DNA of 64,000 bases from Lingula anatina (lineage: Eukaryota > Animalia > Brachiopoda), in contig CM120641.1 of NCBI GenBank assembly GCA_051362555.1, forward strand, positions 31,130,401 to 31,194,400. Reading direction: 5' to 3'. A program made the translations under genes and the position numbers. Below the pieces are notes generated by a model that searched no databases, was not told where the DNA came from, and saw nothing but the letters and a program-made list of their open reading frames with translations. This document shows positions 10,860-23,090 of this stretch, piece after piece. The first letter of the stretch is position 1, and the number at the start of each line of letters is the position of its first letter.

Positions 10860-13800
10860 GCAGATGTTATGGTTTTGGCCCTAAACCAACAAACCTATCC
10901 TTAAACTCTTTGAACAGACTTATGCCAACACATGATCCAGATGAAGCTAGTGACTTCAAAATTCCATTTGCACTTCTGGGGAGTCTGGTTCCAGAACACG
11001 CCTGGGCTTCTTACTATGTGTTAAAGGACAATAGTCATATAAAAATCCATTTCTCGAATTTTGAAGATTCAGCACTCAATCTATACACTAGAGGTATGTT
11101 TTAATCGATCCCCGCCATTTAAAAATTATAAAAACAATCTATTAGTAGTAAAAAAGCGTTTTAGTAAACCTCACCTCAATATGCATAAATGAAGCAACAG
11201 ATCTGGGTCACGTGGTACTGTGACGACAATCACGATAAAGGTCTATGAGACTCAACTGAGCTGCATGGTGCATACAGACGGAGAAGTTAAGGAAAGTTGT
11301 GTTGAACGGAGCTGAGGAATTTTCGTTATGCCTCGGTGTGTTGCCGTGGGATTCACCAAAATTTGCAGCTCTTGTTGACAATCTTTCTTTGTCTGTGACG
11401 GTCTTCCGTGACTTACTTACTAACTTCGGTGACAATAGTTGCGATGCTCTAGATCATGGTCACCTCAGGTGGTTTAGATCATATCAAGAGCTGGTAGTCT
11501 TTCAGATTAACTGTCATCAGTTGGCAAACTTACTGATTGCTGATGCATTTTAAATGCATTGTAGTTGACCAAAAGCTCGTTTACAACAAACCTGTTAATT
11601 ATGCACCGCTGCAATTCCCAAGCCAGGTAATAACAGGTATGAAACTCGTCTTGGTGGGCTTTCGTATTTTTCAATATATCTCATTTATTTCATGGGCTTA
11701 TTTTATTGGTATTTGTAAATGACGTTAAATATCAATACTTAAACAATTAAGTTCAAACACGGTCGCGAACATTAATAAAAGAAATTGCTCTCTTGAAGCT
11801 TCCGTGGAAGAAAACGTGTTCAGGAAAAACAGGAAAAAGAGCGTTAAAGAAAAAAATGGGAACTGCTGTAATAAAATGGTTCGTTATCCTAATTTGTTTA
11901 TGCTTTGAGGATTTGTTTCTGAAGATTATTTCATCTGAAATATTAAATAATTTAAAAGATTGTTTATTTTATAACTTGAAACGCAAATTCTGCGTCAGTA
12001 CGCAATTTTGTTTTTTGCAAATTTGTAAGCTTATAACACCGTGCTATAAAGATCTACTCAAGAAAAAAATTTGCTTGGGTAAAATTGAGTACGGAATGAA
12101 CTGGAGACACTTGGCTTGTCATTAAGTTTACACAAAAATATGTCAGGTAACTTTATACTGTCTTTGAAAGAGTAAAGATTGAAAGATAATTTTAGACAAA
12201 CTTTGATGGGGGAAATACCTACAAAGAGTAATGGGCTATTTCGTCAACATCTTGTTGAAAATTTTACACTGCAATTCTATTCAAATAAGCTAAGGAACTA
12301 ATTGCCAAATTTATACTCTCATCACATAACAGGGGGGTAACCAGACCTGCAAAAATTGTACGCACATATTTAAAAAAATTACAAGCACATACAGCAAAAT
12401 GTAGACTTACACAAAACATGAAGGACAGCGTAATCACAGCAAATGTACCTCATATAGTAGCTTAATTTCCATTAATAATAAAATCATCATTTAAGTCAAA
12501 AATATTCTCGCGATTTAATAACTATTTTAATTTACCCAGAACGGTATATTTATTTTAAAGGCGGTTAACTGAAATATAGTTTTATGATTTGTTTGTGAAA
12601 ATTGCCCATGTCACCCTGTTAGTTTGGAGGTCTAAGCTGGATCAAGTCCGTGTTAAAATTCCTATGAAGTTGTGCAGGAAAAATTCTTCCTTTCTTTCTC
12701 TAGCTCCTCGATAGACCTGGTGTTCAGATTTTATCTAGTACCCCCAGGTCTACGGGAGCTGGGCTTTGTAACTAACGCACAGGTAGATTTTTACCTGAGA
12801 TAACTGGAGTAAAGCTTAGATAGAGAGTGCGTTCGATACAAGCAAGACAAATTGAATGCCATTTAACCCTCTAATTAAGAGGTAAAGGAAGTTCCTGTTA
12901 GATGGATGATTAAGATAGGACTTGTAAAGGTAACGGGCATTGTTTACCTCAGTTTAATAAAAGTATGCAAGACGGAGTGTCAGCGGTTTAATAAAATAAA
13001 TTGAATTTCACAAATAACATGGACCTCATATGCAATAATCAACATTTCCCTTTACTCATTGAAATGCAGTGTTTTATACAACTTGGGATAACCATAATGA
13101 AATGCTTGTTAAAGAAATGACTAGACGGGAAATGGTTTTACACAGCTTCACGAGGATTTAGACCCCTCGGGTAAGAGATTTGTATGAGTAAAAACTTTTA
13201 TCAGAAGCCAGAGAAGTCATCTTACAGGTAGACAATGCAGCTCAGTTTGACAGCTAAGCACGCTCTGTTTTCCAGTGGCTCGATTGTCGTCATCGGACCA
13301 CGTGACCACGTAGCTCATTAACTCCCAGGCCGAGCAAATAGGACGTTTTTTAAAGCCAAAAATTTACAAAATGAGCTTTTAATTTGTGTATTTGGATAAA
13401 GATATCGTTAGTTGGGCATGTTTTCTGAAGAATATGTTCCGTTGAAGCCATTCTGACGGTATGAAGCAAATCCTTTAACTTCTCTTTGGCCTGAGATGTA
13501 TAAAACCTGATATCTGCAACCTTCGCTGGCTCTATATTTTCTACAAAGCAGTTGTTCCACTGACACGCTGTATCTGTACATGCTGTAGCTGTGATTTCAA
13601 GCCTGACTGCTGCCTCTATCTTAAACAGGAGAGCTCCAGCATGGTAACATGTCTACCCTAAGCTGAAAAGTACAAATGAAATTCATGAGAGATGCCAAAG
13701 CAGCCAATTACATACAATAATAGTATCTTACTCCAATGCAAGTTGATAATTAATATCTAGCTTTCTAGCATAATTCACTCAATTTCTATCTAAATATGTA

Positions 13801-14285
13801 TAGCAGTCTTTATTGAACTTACAGTGTTTTTTTTCTCTCAATGCAGCAAGTCACACTTTACATTTAGGATGATCACAATCCTAATGATATTTTATTTGTA
13901 CATTAAGAAATTTGTATTGAACCAATATAACCAATATACGTAAATGTATGAAATAAAGATCATTGGTACTAGTATATGACCAGCAATTGTCCAAAGATTG
14001 TCACTCCAGCAAGTACTGTGAAGACATGAATTATGAAAATTTAAGTAATGACTTACCCAGCCATGCAGTCACAGTGGGCTGTAATAACAGCTCCAGTGCT
14101 TTTCACAGCCACCCAGGGATGATGAGGAGTTTTTGTAACTCTGTATGATGGCCTTACATCAGCTTTAAATATGAAATTTCCACTCTTTGTCACAAGATGG
14201 TACACTGTCTGGACCCAACCAGATGTGAAAAAGGTGTGTGCTTCCAGAGAACGGTAGTTGACCATGGCTTCTAGTGAGTACAACC
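10860..14285 (-). pseudogene. SWIM zinc-finger protein (ISL2EU second gene, YqaJ-associated); exon 14285-14057, then 13662-13475 continuing at 11020-~10860
   Basis: NYRSLEAHTFFTSGWV...AHCDCMAG|LG*TCYHAGALLFKIEAAVRL...ACTDTACQWN. The splice phases join correctly, and the frame continues across the Kolobok insertion (QAKEKL|THSKKPRR). Confidence 0.8.
11025..13474. mobile_element. Non-autonomous Kolobok-like DNA transposon
   Basis: TTAA TSD (11021-11024, 13475-13478). Termini AGGACAATAGTCATA / rc AGGATTTGCTTCATA. GGTCACGTGG...GACAATC subterminal motif at both ends. Removing it restores the SWIM exon frame. Confidence 0.8.
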
Positions 14286-14689
14286 CTGAAAGAAATTCCA
14301 AAATTTGTCAGTTTTTAAGGACAGGTTATTTAATGCTGTTTTATGAAAAGACACACACTCACTAATATACAAGTGCACAGGTTATTTGCAATCTGCCTCT
14401 GTGTTGCAGATTAATCTTGATGCAACAAAAAATACGTCTACATGTAGTCACCAACAACAAAGGGACAGCCAATAAATTTAAAAGTACTAACTAACTATAC
14501 AAGTGCCTAATATCACTGATCAGGCAAGAGGATTACTTACTTTATAAATACTACTTAGGAATGTATAATTTAATTAAGCACTGTTCTATCTTTCTCCTCA
14601 TCAGTTCTTTCTTACGATAGGTTGAATTAAAATGTATAGACAGTATTATTAATGCTTCACACGTTTGTTCATTCATCTCACTAAAACGC

Positions 14690-15294
14690 AGGCATGTTAA
14701 CAGTCTCATTATTCAACTAATAAGATACATAAAAGTGTTTGTTTGACATTTCTTGCATCTTTATAACATTGTTAGTTGATTAAGTAAAAAAGTTGGTAAA
14801 CTTGTTATCGTGTATTGTGTAATAAAGTGTCAAAAATGGAAATAAACTCATATCATTGCAGATTGTCAGATTCAATCATCCACTATGTTCAGAATCTCAG
14901 AATGGAGGAAATTGGACATTTAACACTGTTCTATTGATATTTTTCCCATCTCATCAATTTTATTAGTTGATCTAATAAAAATGGCAGTAAAACGTTTATT
15001 TTGTTTTATGTTAAAAATGTGTTAAAAATGGAAATAAACCCATTGCAGAACAGTGCTGTCTTGTTTACATTTTGGCATTTTCAAGGTGTGACTTTGAAGT
15101 TCCATGTGCCTGAAGCCTTATGCTTGTTACACATTTTATATACATTGGTATTACCTGTTGAGCATAATTAAAATTTGATGTTGAATTTGCAGTTAAGCAT
15201 AATGTACTTTTGCACCAGATTTGACAGTAGCCTATTTTGTGCATTGTTATTTCCTGCTTTTTGTCTGTACATTTGACAGCTTTGCTGCCTTGTT
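14690..15294 (+). mobile_element. HINE family A 3' portion
   Basis: Close to 33585-34010; ends TGTCTGTACATTTGACAGCTTTGCTGCCTTGTT. Confidence 0.8.
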
Positions 15295-15418
15295 TTTAAA
15301 GAGCCTTTATGTCACGTCTCCATTGCAGTACAAAGCGAGATAGCGCCTAACGACCGATGTAGCCCCCACGTGCACGCGGTTGTTTGTTAGGGACTATTTC
15401 TGGTTGTGACGTCATTCT

Positions 15419-15829
15419 GAGGGATAGAAAAGTTGCAAAGTTCAGTTCATGGTGAAAAGTAGATCAAAGGTCAATTTGAAGGTTACAGTAAGATTGCCAG
15501 TATATATCTTTCTATTCAAGTTCAGTACGTAGTAACTATGAAAGTATCCCTGCCAGTTTTGGAGATATAAGGGATAGAAAAGTTGCAAAGTTCAGTTCAA
15601 GGTGAAAAGGAGGCCGAAGGTCAATTTTAAGGTCACAGTTAGAATGCCAGTATATGACTTCCTATTTTAGGTCAATATTAACTTTGGTTGTATCTCTGCC
15701 AGTTTTGGAGATATAAATAAAGACAAAATGCTGCAAAGTTCAGTTCGTGTTTAAAAGTAAAAGGTCAATTTCAAGGTCACATTTAGATTTCCAGTATATG
15801 ACTTCCAATTCAACTTCAATAGTAACTAT
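15419..15829 (-). repeat. HINE family B ~120-bp repeat units (right flank of ISL2EU-1)
   Basis: Three to four units continuing the array broken at 9163. Confidence 0.85.
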
Positions 15830-15990
15830 CCCAGTGGGCAAAATATGTTGTTTTAACATTGAAACAATGTTGAACCATAACGTTGATAAGACGTTGGATA
15901 AACATATTGGATTTGAAAGTTGACTCAACCTCAGATAACAATTAACGTTGTATATCAACGTCAGATAACAACATTGTATCAACCCCAGTT
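15830..15990 (+). mobile_element. Left end of a CACTA/EnSpm-type element
   Basis: CCCAG terminus followed by ACGTTG/CAAC subterminal repeats. No matching right end found. Confidence 0.5.
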
Positions 15991-16267
15991 GTTAGACAAC
16001 ATTCTTGCATGAAAAGACATTGAAATGACATGAGGGTAGGGTATAAAAGTATGGCCTTTAAGTTAAAATTTGACCTGTTCCTTCAGTGTTATATTTTCAG
16101 TTCTGAGTGTCGCTTCAATTAAATAACTCCTGTCATACACTGGATTTCAGTCTCCTGATGTTCAGATCCTGTCTCCTCAGCCGGTCACAAAGATGTAGGA
16201 ATATTTTTTGCTGCTTCTACCTTGTGTGTCATCTAGCTGCCTTTTGTACCTGTCATCAAAAACTTCG

Positions 16268-16272
<5 letters not shown>

Positions 16273-16340
<68 letters not shown>
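16273..16340. repeat. (TA)n microsatellite
   Basis: Perfect TA run. Confidence 0.95.
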
Positions 16341-16344
<4 letters not shown>

Positions 16345-17808
16345 ACTTGCACCCAATCAGTGTGGCTTGGTGGGAAAATGCCTGATCAATTTCCTAAATG
16401 TAAATTAATAGAAGATAATAATAGTGATTTTTATTCATATTGTAACTTACAACATTACAGTTGAAAGGAGCAGAATTTAACATTTTTACAGAGGAAAGTG
16501 CAAATTCATTTCATGAGGTTGTATGTCAATTACATCTGAGGTAGAATTTACTTGCAAAATAAAATTACTCTTAACACAACACCAAATCGAAAATTAATCA
16601 ACTAACTTCCAAATACACTTCATACAGGTAATTGATTTAATTGGCCCAGCTCAGCTGTGTACAGTACAAATGTAGCCTTGACACTAATTGACAATAATGC
16701 TAACCAGGTATTAAAGAGGCAGGTGACAGCCAATAAAATCCGGAGAGCACTGTAATTGATAACAAATTACACCCAAGGCAATAGGTGAGTCTTCATTATA
16801 AAAGTCGAAACCCTGCCTGGGTATTTTCACACGTTTTAACAAATTAACACACTCTCCACCCAAACTTTTTGGGCACTACTTTAAATATATATGCAGTGTA
16901 CATGCGCCCCAAACGTACACACCTAGGTCTTTGGTTTTCTACTGTTTTTTCTTTTATGGTAAAATCTGCACAGCTGGGTCTTCATTCTTTGCTGTAAAAT
17001 AAATAAGTTTTATCCTTTACTTGTCCGATGAGTCTTGATTCAAAGCCAACTTGCCGTCTCTCCTCCCTTTAGGGTTTTTGTTCCTTCACCATGGATTGTT
17101 ACCACTGCAGGCAGTCTGTGAACACTTGTAAAGTTATAGTTATCTTCTCTCGATCAAATACCCTGCAGTGATTCATCATTTTGCTCGGTTAAATATCAAA
17201 GAAAATACAGAAAACGAAATCTTAACTACAGACATGGCTTGTTCATGCGCAGCAGACGATTCCAGTTTCCCTCCAGTATGGCTGCTGTTTGTTTTGATGA
17301 CACAGGCTCTAATGGGTCAATACTTCCCTTTTAGCCAACAAAGAAACAAGGATACAGAATGCAATCACTGTTTAGTCTCTTCATTTCTTATAAGACTGTG
17401 ATCAGTTGCTCATCAAAATGTTTCTACAAATGCAGTTGAATCTCAAGAAAAACATACGTTTCATTTAATTTTTGGTTTGTGGTTTATTAAATATTATCTA
17501 TATAATTTTATCTGTCTCTTACTGTGTTACTTGAACAAATGGATATTTGTTGAATAATTGTTTAATTCAGGTGATCCTAAAGAGTAGACAACATACGGAA
17601 CCTGGCATGACAAGACTGGAACGGACAGACTTTGCTGTGAATATCTATAGTTGGTAGGTCATTGAAACACTCTCAAAGTGTACTAAAAAGTCAAGTACCT
17701 TTAATTTGTGATAAAGAAGTTACTAGAGAGTTTTTTCAGCCCACAAGAACTGTCAGCAACAGTTTCTTTTGTGAAGGATTCTCTAGTTGAAAGAGCTGTG
17801 CACAGTAA

Positions 17809-18026
17809 GACCCCATTCCCAGAGATTAGATTGATCCAAACTAGATCGACCTAACTCCCTGGGGGTTCACGCTAAATAGATGTCAGCCGAGTGGGCACGA
17901 AAGTTAATTACCCCCTTACAGCTTGTAGTAGGCGGGTCGGACATTAAAGCTGGATTATCTGACAGTAATCGAGTGAGACTCGATCCCCACTGGGATAGAT
18001 CAATCTAAATGTCTGGGAATATGCCC
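17809..18026 (+). mobile_element. TWA-targeting MITE, copy 3 (variant subfamily)
   Basis: TAA TSD on both sides. Confidence 0.9.
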
Positions 18027-18089
18027 TAAGTTTCAAAAGAGAACAAAACTAACTGCAAGGTGATTATATCAGTTATGAATAAGTGAATA

Positions 18090-20795
18090 CCCAGATAGCA
18101 AGCATACGTTGGGCCAACGTTGGCCCAACGTTGCCTTGGTTGACCGTGCAACGTTGGCCCAACGTTGGGTTTCCATCTAAGTGCTCACTTTGGCCAACGG
18201 TTGGCTGAACGTCTTTTTAATGCCAACGCATTGCCAACGTATTCCCAACCAAACTGCGTTGGCCCTACATTGGGCCAACTAATAACCAACATTGGTTCAA
18301 CAATTACCCAACCTGTAACCAACAGTGTATTTACGTTGGTTCTACTAATAGCCAACGTCAGTCCAACAATTACCCAACCAAACTGCGTTGGCCCTACATT
18401 GGGCAAACTAATCACCAACATTGGTCCAACAATTTCCCAACCTGTAATCAACAGTGCATTTACATTGGTTCTACTAAAAAACCAACATCAGTCCAACAAT
18501 AACCCAACAAATAATACAAAAAGACAACAAAGAAAATTTTTATAAAATGTTATAATATTGTATTTAAACATTAATAAGTGTGTCTTATATCAATTGTTAC
18601 ATGATTCACATCAAGAAAAAATATCAACAGTCCTATGACTTTTCACTTATTCCTGGAGTCAAGGCATTTTTCTACCAGTAAAGTCTTTTTTTGCCTCATT
18701 TCAATTTTTAAAAATATTTTCATTAAATTAAATTTTAAACCAGAAACCCCTGTTAATGTCAGGTAAGATGCTTTTCATAAGTTACATGTCAAGTCTATAA
18801 AATCACAGTCTCTTCCTTCAGGCAAAATCTCAGACATTGTCTCTTTAAAAATCAAGTCAGTGGTCATATGAGTTCAATCTTTGTGTTTTTTCTCTCTTTC
18901 CTGTTCTGCACCTGGGTGATCTTTGGCAAAGCACAATTAGTTGGATGTATCCTCAATATATTTGTCTAACCAGTCACAGAAGAGTGTGCTGCACCTACAA
19001 ATTTAAATATTAAAAACACTTGAAATATAATGCTAGAATTGGTATGGTACATAACATGACTGTACCTCTTCCCCCATCACTGTTTTCATATACAAACTAG
19101 TACTAGTAGGTGTGTATTATATGATAATGTCCCCACCTTTTCTAAGTTAGGCAACAGCCAATATCTTAACTATAAATGTGTGTGTCTTGTGTGCAGTAAT
19201 TTATGGTGATTTATTTAAATTAGTTCTTACGTGTACACTGACAATGAATTCAGTTTTTAGACAACTGTAATGTACCACTAAATTCCACATCATTTAATCA
19301 TTCCAACAACTCTATCACATAATTTACTGGCCAGCATTCTACAGACACATAAGAACAATGGCTTCCAAGGACTTTTAAGGCTCTAATTCAAATCATTTTC
19401 AATGATTTTTAACTAATGAGGGCAAGTTATACATGAATACAGTTATTTTAAAGTGTACATACCAAAGGAAAAAGGACTCATTTCATTTGAACTTTGTCTT
19501 TGTAACACATTGATGATGAAAAGTTGAAAATAAAAGTACAAGTAATGATGTATTAAAACGTTAGGTATACCCCAATCTGTGAATCATTGTCTGTATTCAT
19601 GTCAATAAACTACAAAGTTTTAAATAATATTTTTACAAAGACAAAATGCTGAAATGCAAACCTTTTTCAAGCCTAATAGCATTTTCAAGTACTTTTCAAA
19701 GTTACATTTAAACTAGTCCAAAGTGCTGGACTAAATTTGAACATTTTTCACGGCTGTATGGATCCTGGTGCATCAGTAAATAATGGGAAAATACACAATT
19801 AAAAAGTCACTTACCAGTACATGCTCACTTCTTATCCTGTCTCTTTATCTCTTCATTTTCTAATTTCCAAAAAGATGTCTTCTTTTTATATCCAGAAATC
19901 AATGCTTTCAGTCGTAATTCTTGCCTCTTCCTTAGAACATTTCTGACCTTCTGGCTTAGATTTTTGAATTGGCTCAACTGACCGCGCGCGCTTAAGACTG
20001 TGCTATGTATAGTTATTTGACCTGTTTGAGCAGGCAGTAGGCAAACTGTTTATATCAAACTGACATTTAAGATAAACACCTGGCTTGTAATGAATCTGGT
20101 CCATTGAAAGTTACCGGTTTACTTAAATCAAAAGTCAATTGATGCTAACTATAAAGTTTAAAATTTATATATTGTACAATTGTACATTATAATAAGATTT
20201 CAATCATTTGTCTGATTTCAATAACAATAATAATAATAGCAATAATAAAAAATGTTTCACAGCATTATTTAAAAATATAAATCTGTTCACTCAGTTGTTT
20301 TTTTATAGGTGAAGTCTATGTACTACATATGAGAGTATATAGCTTGGAAGACAAATAAAAGCAGAAAACTGTTTTTTAACCCAAGGAATTTGACAAACTC
20401 TTCATAAAAAAAAAAAAAAATTAATCCTAAAAACTATATGTTACTGATCAATAGATAAGCACATGTGATTCTCAGTTGTGAACAGAAACATTTTTATTAT
20501 AACAGAAACATTATTCATTTCTATTGAGTTAATTGTTTTAACAACTCAATAGAAATGAATAATGTTTCTGTACTAATTAAAATTGGATACGTTGGCCCAA
20601 CGTTAGGCCAACGTATGCAATAAATATACACACGTTGGCCCAACGTTGGGCCAACGTGAGCATATTGCAGTTTTGTTGTGCATATTATGATGTGGTTGGG
20701 CCAACGTTGGGCCAACGTATTACTACCAACGCCAACTATGTGCCAACAAACCAACGATTCCCCTACGTTGGCCCAACGTATGCTTGCTATCTGGG
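18090..20795. mobile_element. Non-autonomous CACTA/EnSpm-type element
   Basis: Perfect 31-bp TIR CCCAGATAGCAAGCATACGTTGGGCCAACGT. TA on both flanks. Many GTTGGCCCAACG subterminal repeats at both ends. Confidence 0.9.
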
Positions 20796-21434
20796 TAAGT
20801 GAATGCAGCTATAAGCCTTCAGATTTCAACATCATGGGGATGTGTGAGGAATGTATATAAAGTATTTTTTAAAGCAGTTTTAGCACTGTTTTTTCTTAAA
20901 TATCCAAGACATTTTTTCTGCCTACCTTTCTACCTTTTTTTATATGAACAATATAAACACTTGAACTTGATTTTAGGACTTATCAAACAGTTATATGTAT
21001 ATTGACATGATGTTTTTTGTGGATGTTTAAGTTTTGGATGTTTAGCATTGTGCACAGTGTGGTGAATTTGTAGGACTTTACGGTATACTCTTTTTTTTAG
21101 ATAGACGGAGCAGGACAGGATGAGTAAAGAAGAGAAATGTGGACATGGCTTGGATTTTACTGATTTTGTTCAATTTTTTAATTTGATTAATAAAGCACAA
21201 TATATGACTGTAATTTCTTGTTTGTTGTTGATAAACAGATTTAACAATATTTCTGTTCAGTGATAGTACAGCTTCTAAAGGATAATTTTAACTTTTTTAA
21301 TGTGCTTAATAAAATTTTAAGATGCTGGCACATGTCTTCAAATGTAACTCAAAACCTGCCTTTGTAGAATTAATATAAACTGACTGAAAAACAAGTGAGT
21401 AAAATTTAAATTGTGTTATAAAATATTTAAATTA

Positions 21435-22011
21435 GTGTGCAGGAAGCATACAAGAAGGTATGCAAAAAGTACACAGCAGGTGTGCAAGAAGTACGCAGGA
21501 GGTGTGCAAAAAGTATGCAGAAGGTGTGCAAGAAGTACATAGGAGGTGTGCAAGAAGTGAGCAGGAGGTGTGCAAATAGTATGCAGAAGGTGTGCAAGAA
21601 ATATGCAGAAGGTGTACAAGAATTAAGTGTGCTGGTTGTGGTGTTGGGGGTGTGCAGGAAGTGTACAGGAGATGTGCAAGGAGTGTGCAGAAGGTGCATA
21701 TTTTACCATGAAAATGAGGCGTGCTGCGCATGCGCAGAAACCCTTACTGTGAATGTGCTGCGCATACACTAAGGGCGCATTCCCATAGATTTTAGATCGA
21801 TCTATCCCCTTGGGGAGTCTCACTAGATTACTGTCAGATAATCCAGATTAAATGTCCCTCCCGCCTACTACAAGCTGTAAGGGGGTAATTAACTTCCGTG
21901 CGCAGTCGGCTGACTGCAATTTAGCGTGAACCCCCAGGGTGTTAGGTCGATCTAAATCTCTGGTAATGCCCTGTTAAACAGTGTGCGGGAAGCTTAAAAT
22001 TTTGCTAAGGG
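21435..22011. mobile_element. Right end of a CACTA/CMC-type element with ~11-bp subterminal tandem repeats
   Basis: GTGTGCA(A/G)GAA array at 21435-21700; terminus AAAATTTTGCTAAGGG. MITE copy 4 is nested inside. Confidence 0.55.
21773..21973 (-). mobile_element. TWA-targeting MITE, copy 4 (variant subfamily)
   Basis: Flanked by TAA/TTA; shares the CTGGATTATCTGAC variant with copy 3. Confidence 0.85.
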
Positions 22012-22682
22012 AAGTGTATGAAATAATTAATGTTGTCATCTTTTTGTGTAATTGTATTTATCAGCACCTTTGCAATTTGAATGGGAATTACTATTTGATA
22101 TGTCACCATTTAGGGTCTGGGGGAGCCAGATAGCAACCATGTTTCACTGGCTCCTTACTGGGTTATATTACAAATTAAAGTAACTGATTGCAAATTAAGA
22201 TATGGGCAGATATTGAATGACCATGAAATCTTGTTTTAAAAATTCACCTATGTGGCGTCATTGGCATATCAGTAACTACAGAAATTGAACCTCTTTACCA
22301 AGTACTAACTGATAAAGAGGGGTCAAAATGAAGGCCAGTATAATGAATGTATAAGTGATTGGGTGTTGCAATTTAATTATCCAATTGTATCATATTAAGT
22401 TGCTCTTTCCAGACTGATGGAAACAGAAAATTTAGGTCTAACATTTGCCTAATTAGTTTTTGTTTATTTTCATTATTCACAGTTTGGCATATTTAAGTTG
22501 TGATTTAATTTGCATTTACATGGGCCTCTAGTCCTGTGCTGATGTAACTACATTTTCTAATATCCACAACACATTTACTTAATTTCATTTATTAGAAACA
22601 GGTTATCATGTTGTTGTTAAACATTGGGTAACAATACAATCTGAATGATGATGATGATGAAATAAACATTGATACATTGTAC

Positions 22683-23009
22683 TGTTATGGTTCCTAATGA
22701 TGAATATTGCAGCTTTCAGTAACTAGGGTTACAGACAAATACTATCGGTCAAGCTTCTAGTGACCCCAACCCTCTGCCAGCAGTTGTCCATTAAAAAGCA
22801 CTAGCTCTCACTAGTGTAGTGTAAACAAGCTTGACAGCAGTGATCCTTTTGATCACTTCCCAGCAGACACACATTGTATATATTTCAGCACACTTAGAAA
22901 TAAAGTTAGTTGTTGTAGTTAAGTTTTTCTTGGAGTTGTTCTATGCGATTCTCCTCTCACACTGGTGTTATAATTAACATCTATATTGAAGAACACAGAA
23001 ACTATTTCA
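22683..23009 (+). repeat. 5' LTR
   Basis: Matches 30343-30662 with 7 substitutions and 3 indels by manual count. Confidence 0.95.
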
Positions 23010-23022
23010 TGGTGTCAGAAGT
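23010..23022 (+). promoter_or_regulatory. Primer binding site (tRNA-Leu type)
   Basis: TGGTGTCAGAAGT immediately after the 5' LTR, complementary to the 3' end of tRNA-Leu (...ACTTCTGACACCA). Confidence 0.8.
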
Positions 23023-23090
23023 ACGTGACTGTGTTTAATAACAATACAGTGAGCCAACGCTGATAACCAGTTGATTAGAAGACTTTCCAC

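Larger units (their letters stand above)
9164..15418. mobile_element. Internally deleted ISL2EU-type (PIF/Harbinger) DNA transposon, copy 1
   Basis: Convergent THAP gene (+) and SWIM-domain gene (-). Subterminal inverted motif TGGGGGCTA / TAGCCCCCA. Interrupts the family B repeat array. Exact termini are eroded. Confidence 0.7.

Noticed and set aside
7862-13474. One 5.6-kb element with ~500-bp TIRs
   Set aside because: The flanks do not join. The right end pairs with 11025, where removal restores the SWIM frame, so the left arm is a separate fragment.
16107-16408. ORFs with IYIY runs (also 1821-2018) and poly-F ORFs (8713-9029)
   Set aside because: Microsatellite and homopolymer artefacts.
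18165-18545. 126-aa repetitive ORF
   Set aside because: It derives from CACTA subterminal repeats.
17571-21165. Scattered AG...GT-bounded micro-exon candidates (17571-17653, ~20823, ~21101; also 1697-1790 and ~30820-30970)
   Set aside because: No consistent open frame or recognisable protein motif, so I cannot support a gene model.
21416-21772. Cys/Lys-rich ORFs (metallothionein-like appearance)
   Set aside because: They are translations of an 11-bp tandem repeat that is open in several frames on both strands.
23010-23022. tRNA gene
   Set aside because: Only a 13-nt complement of a tRNA 3' end, i.e. a PBS; there is no cloverleaf.
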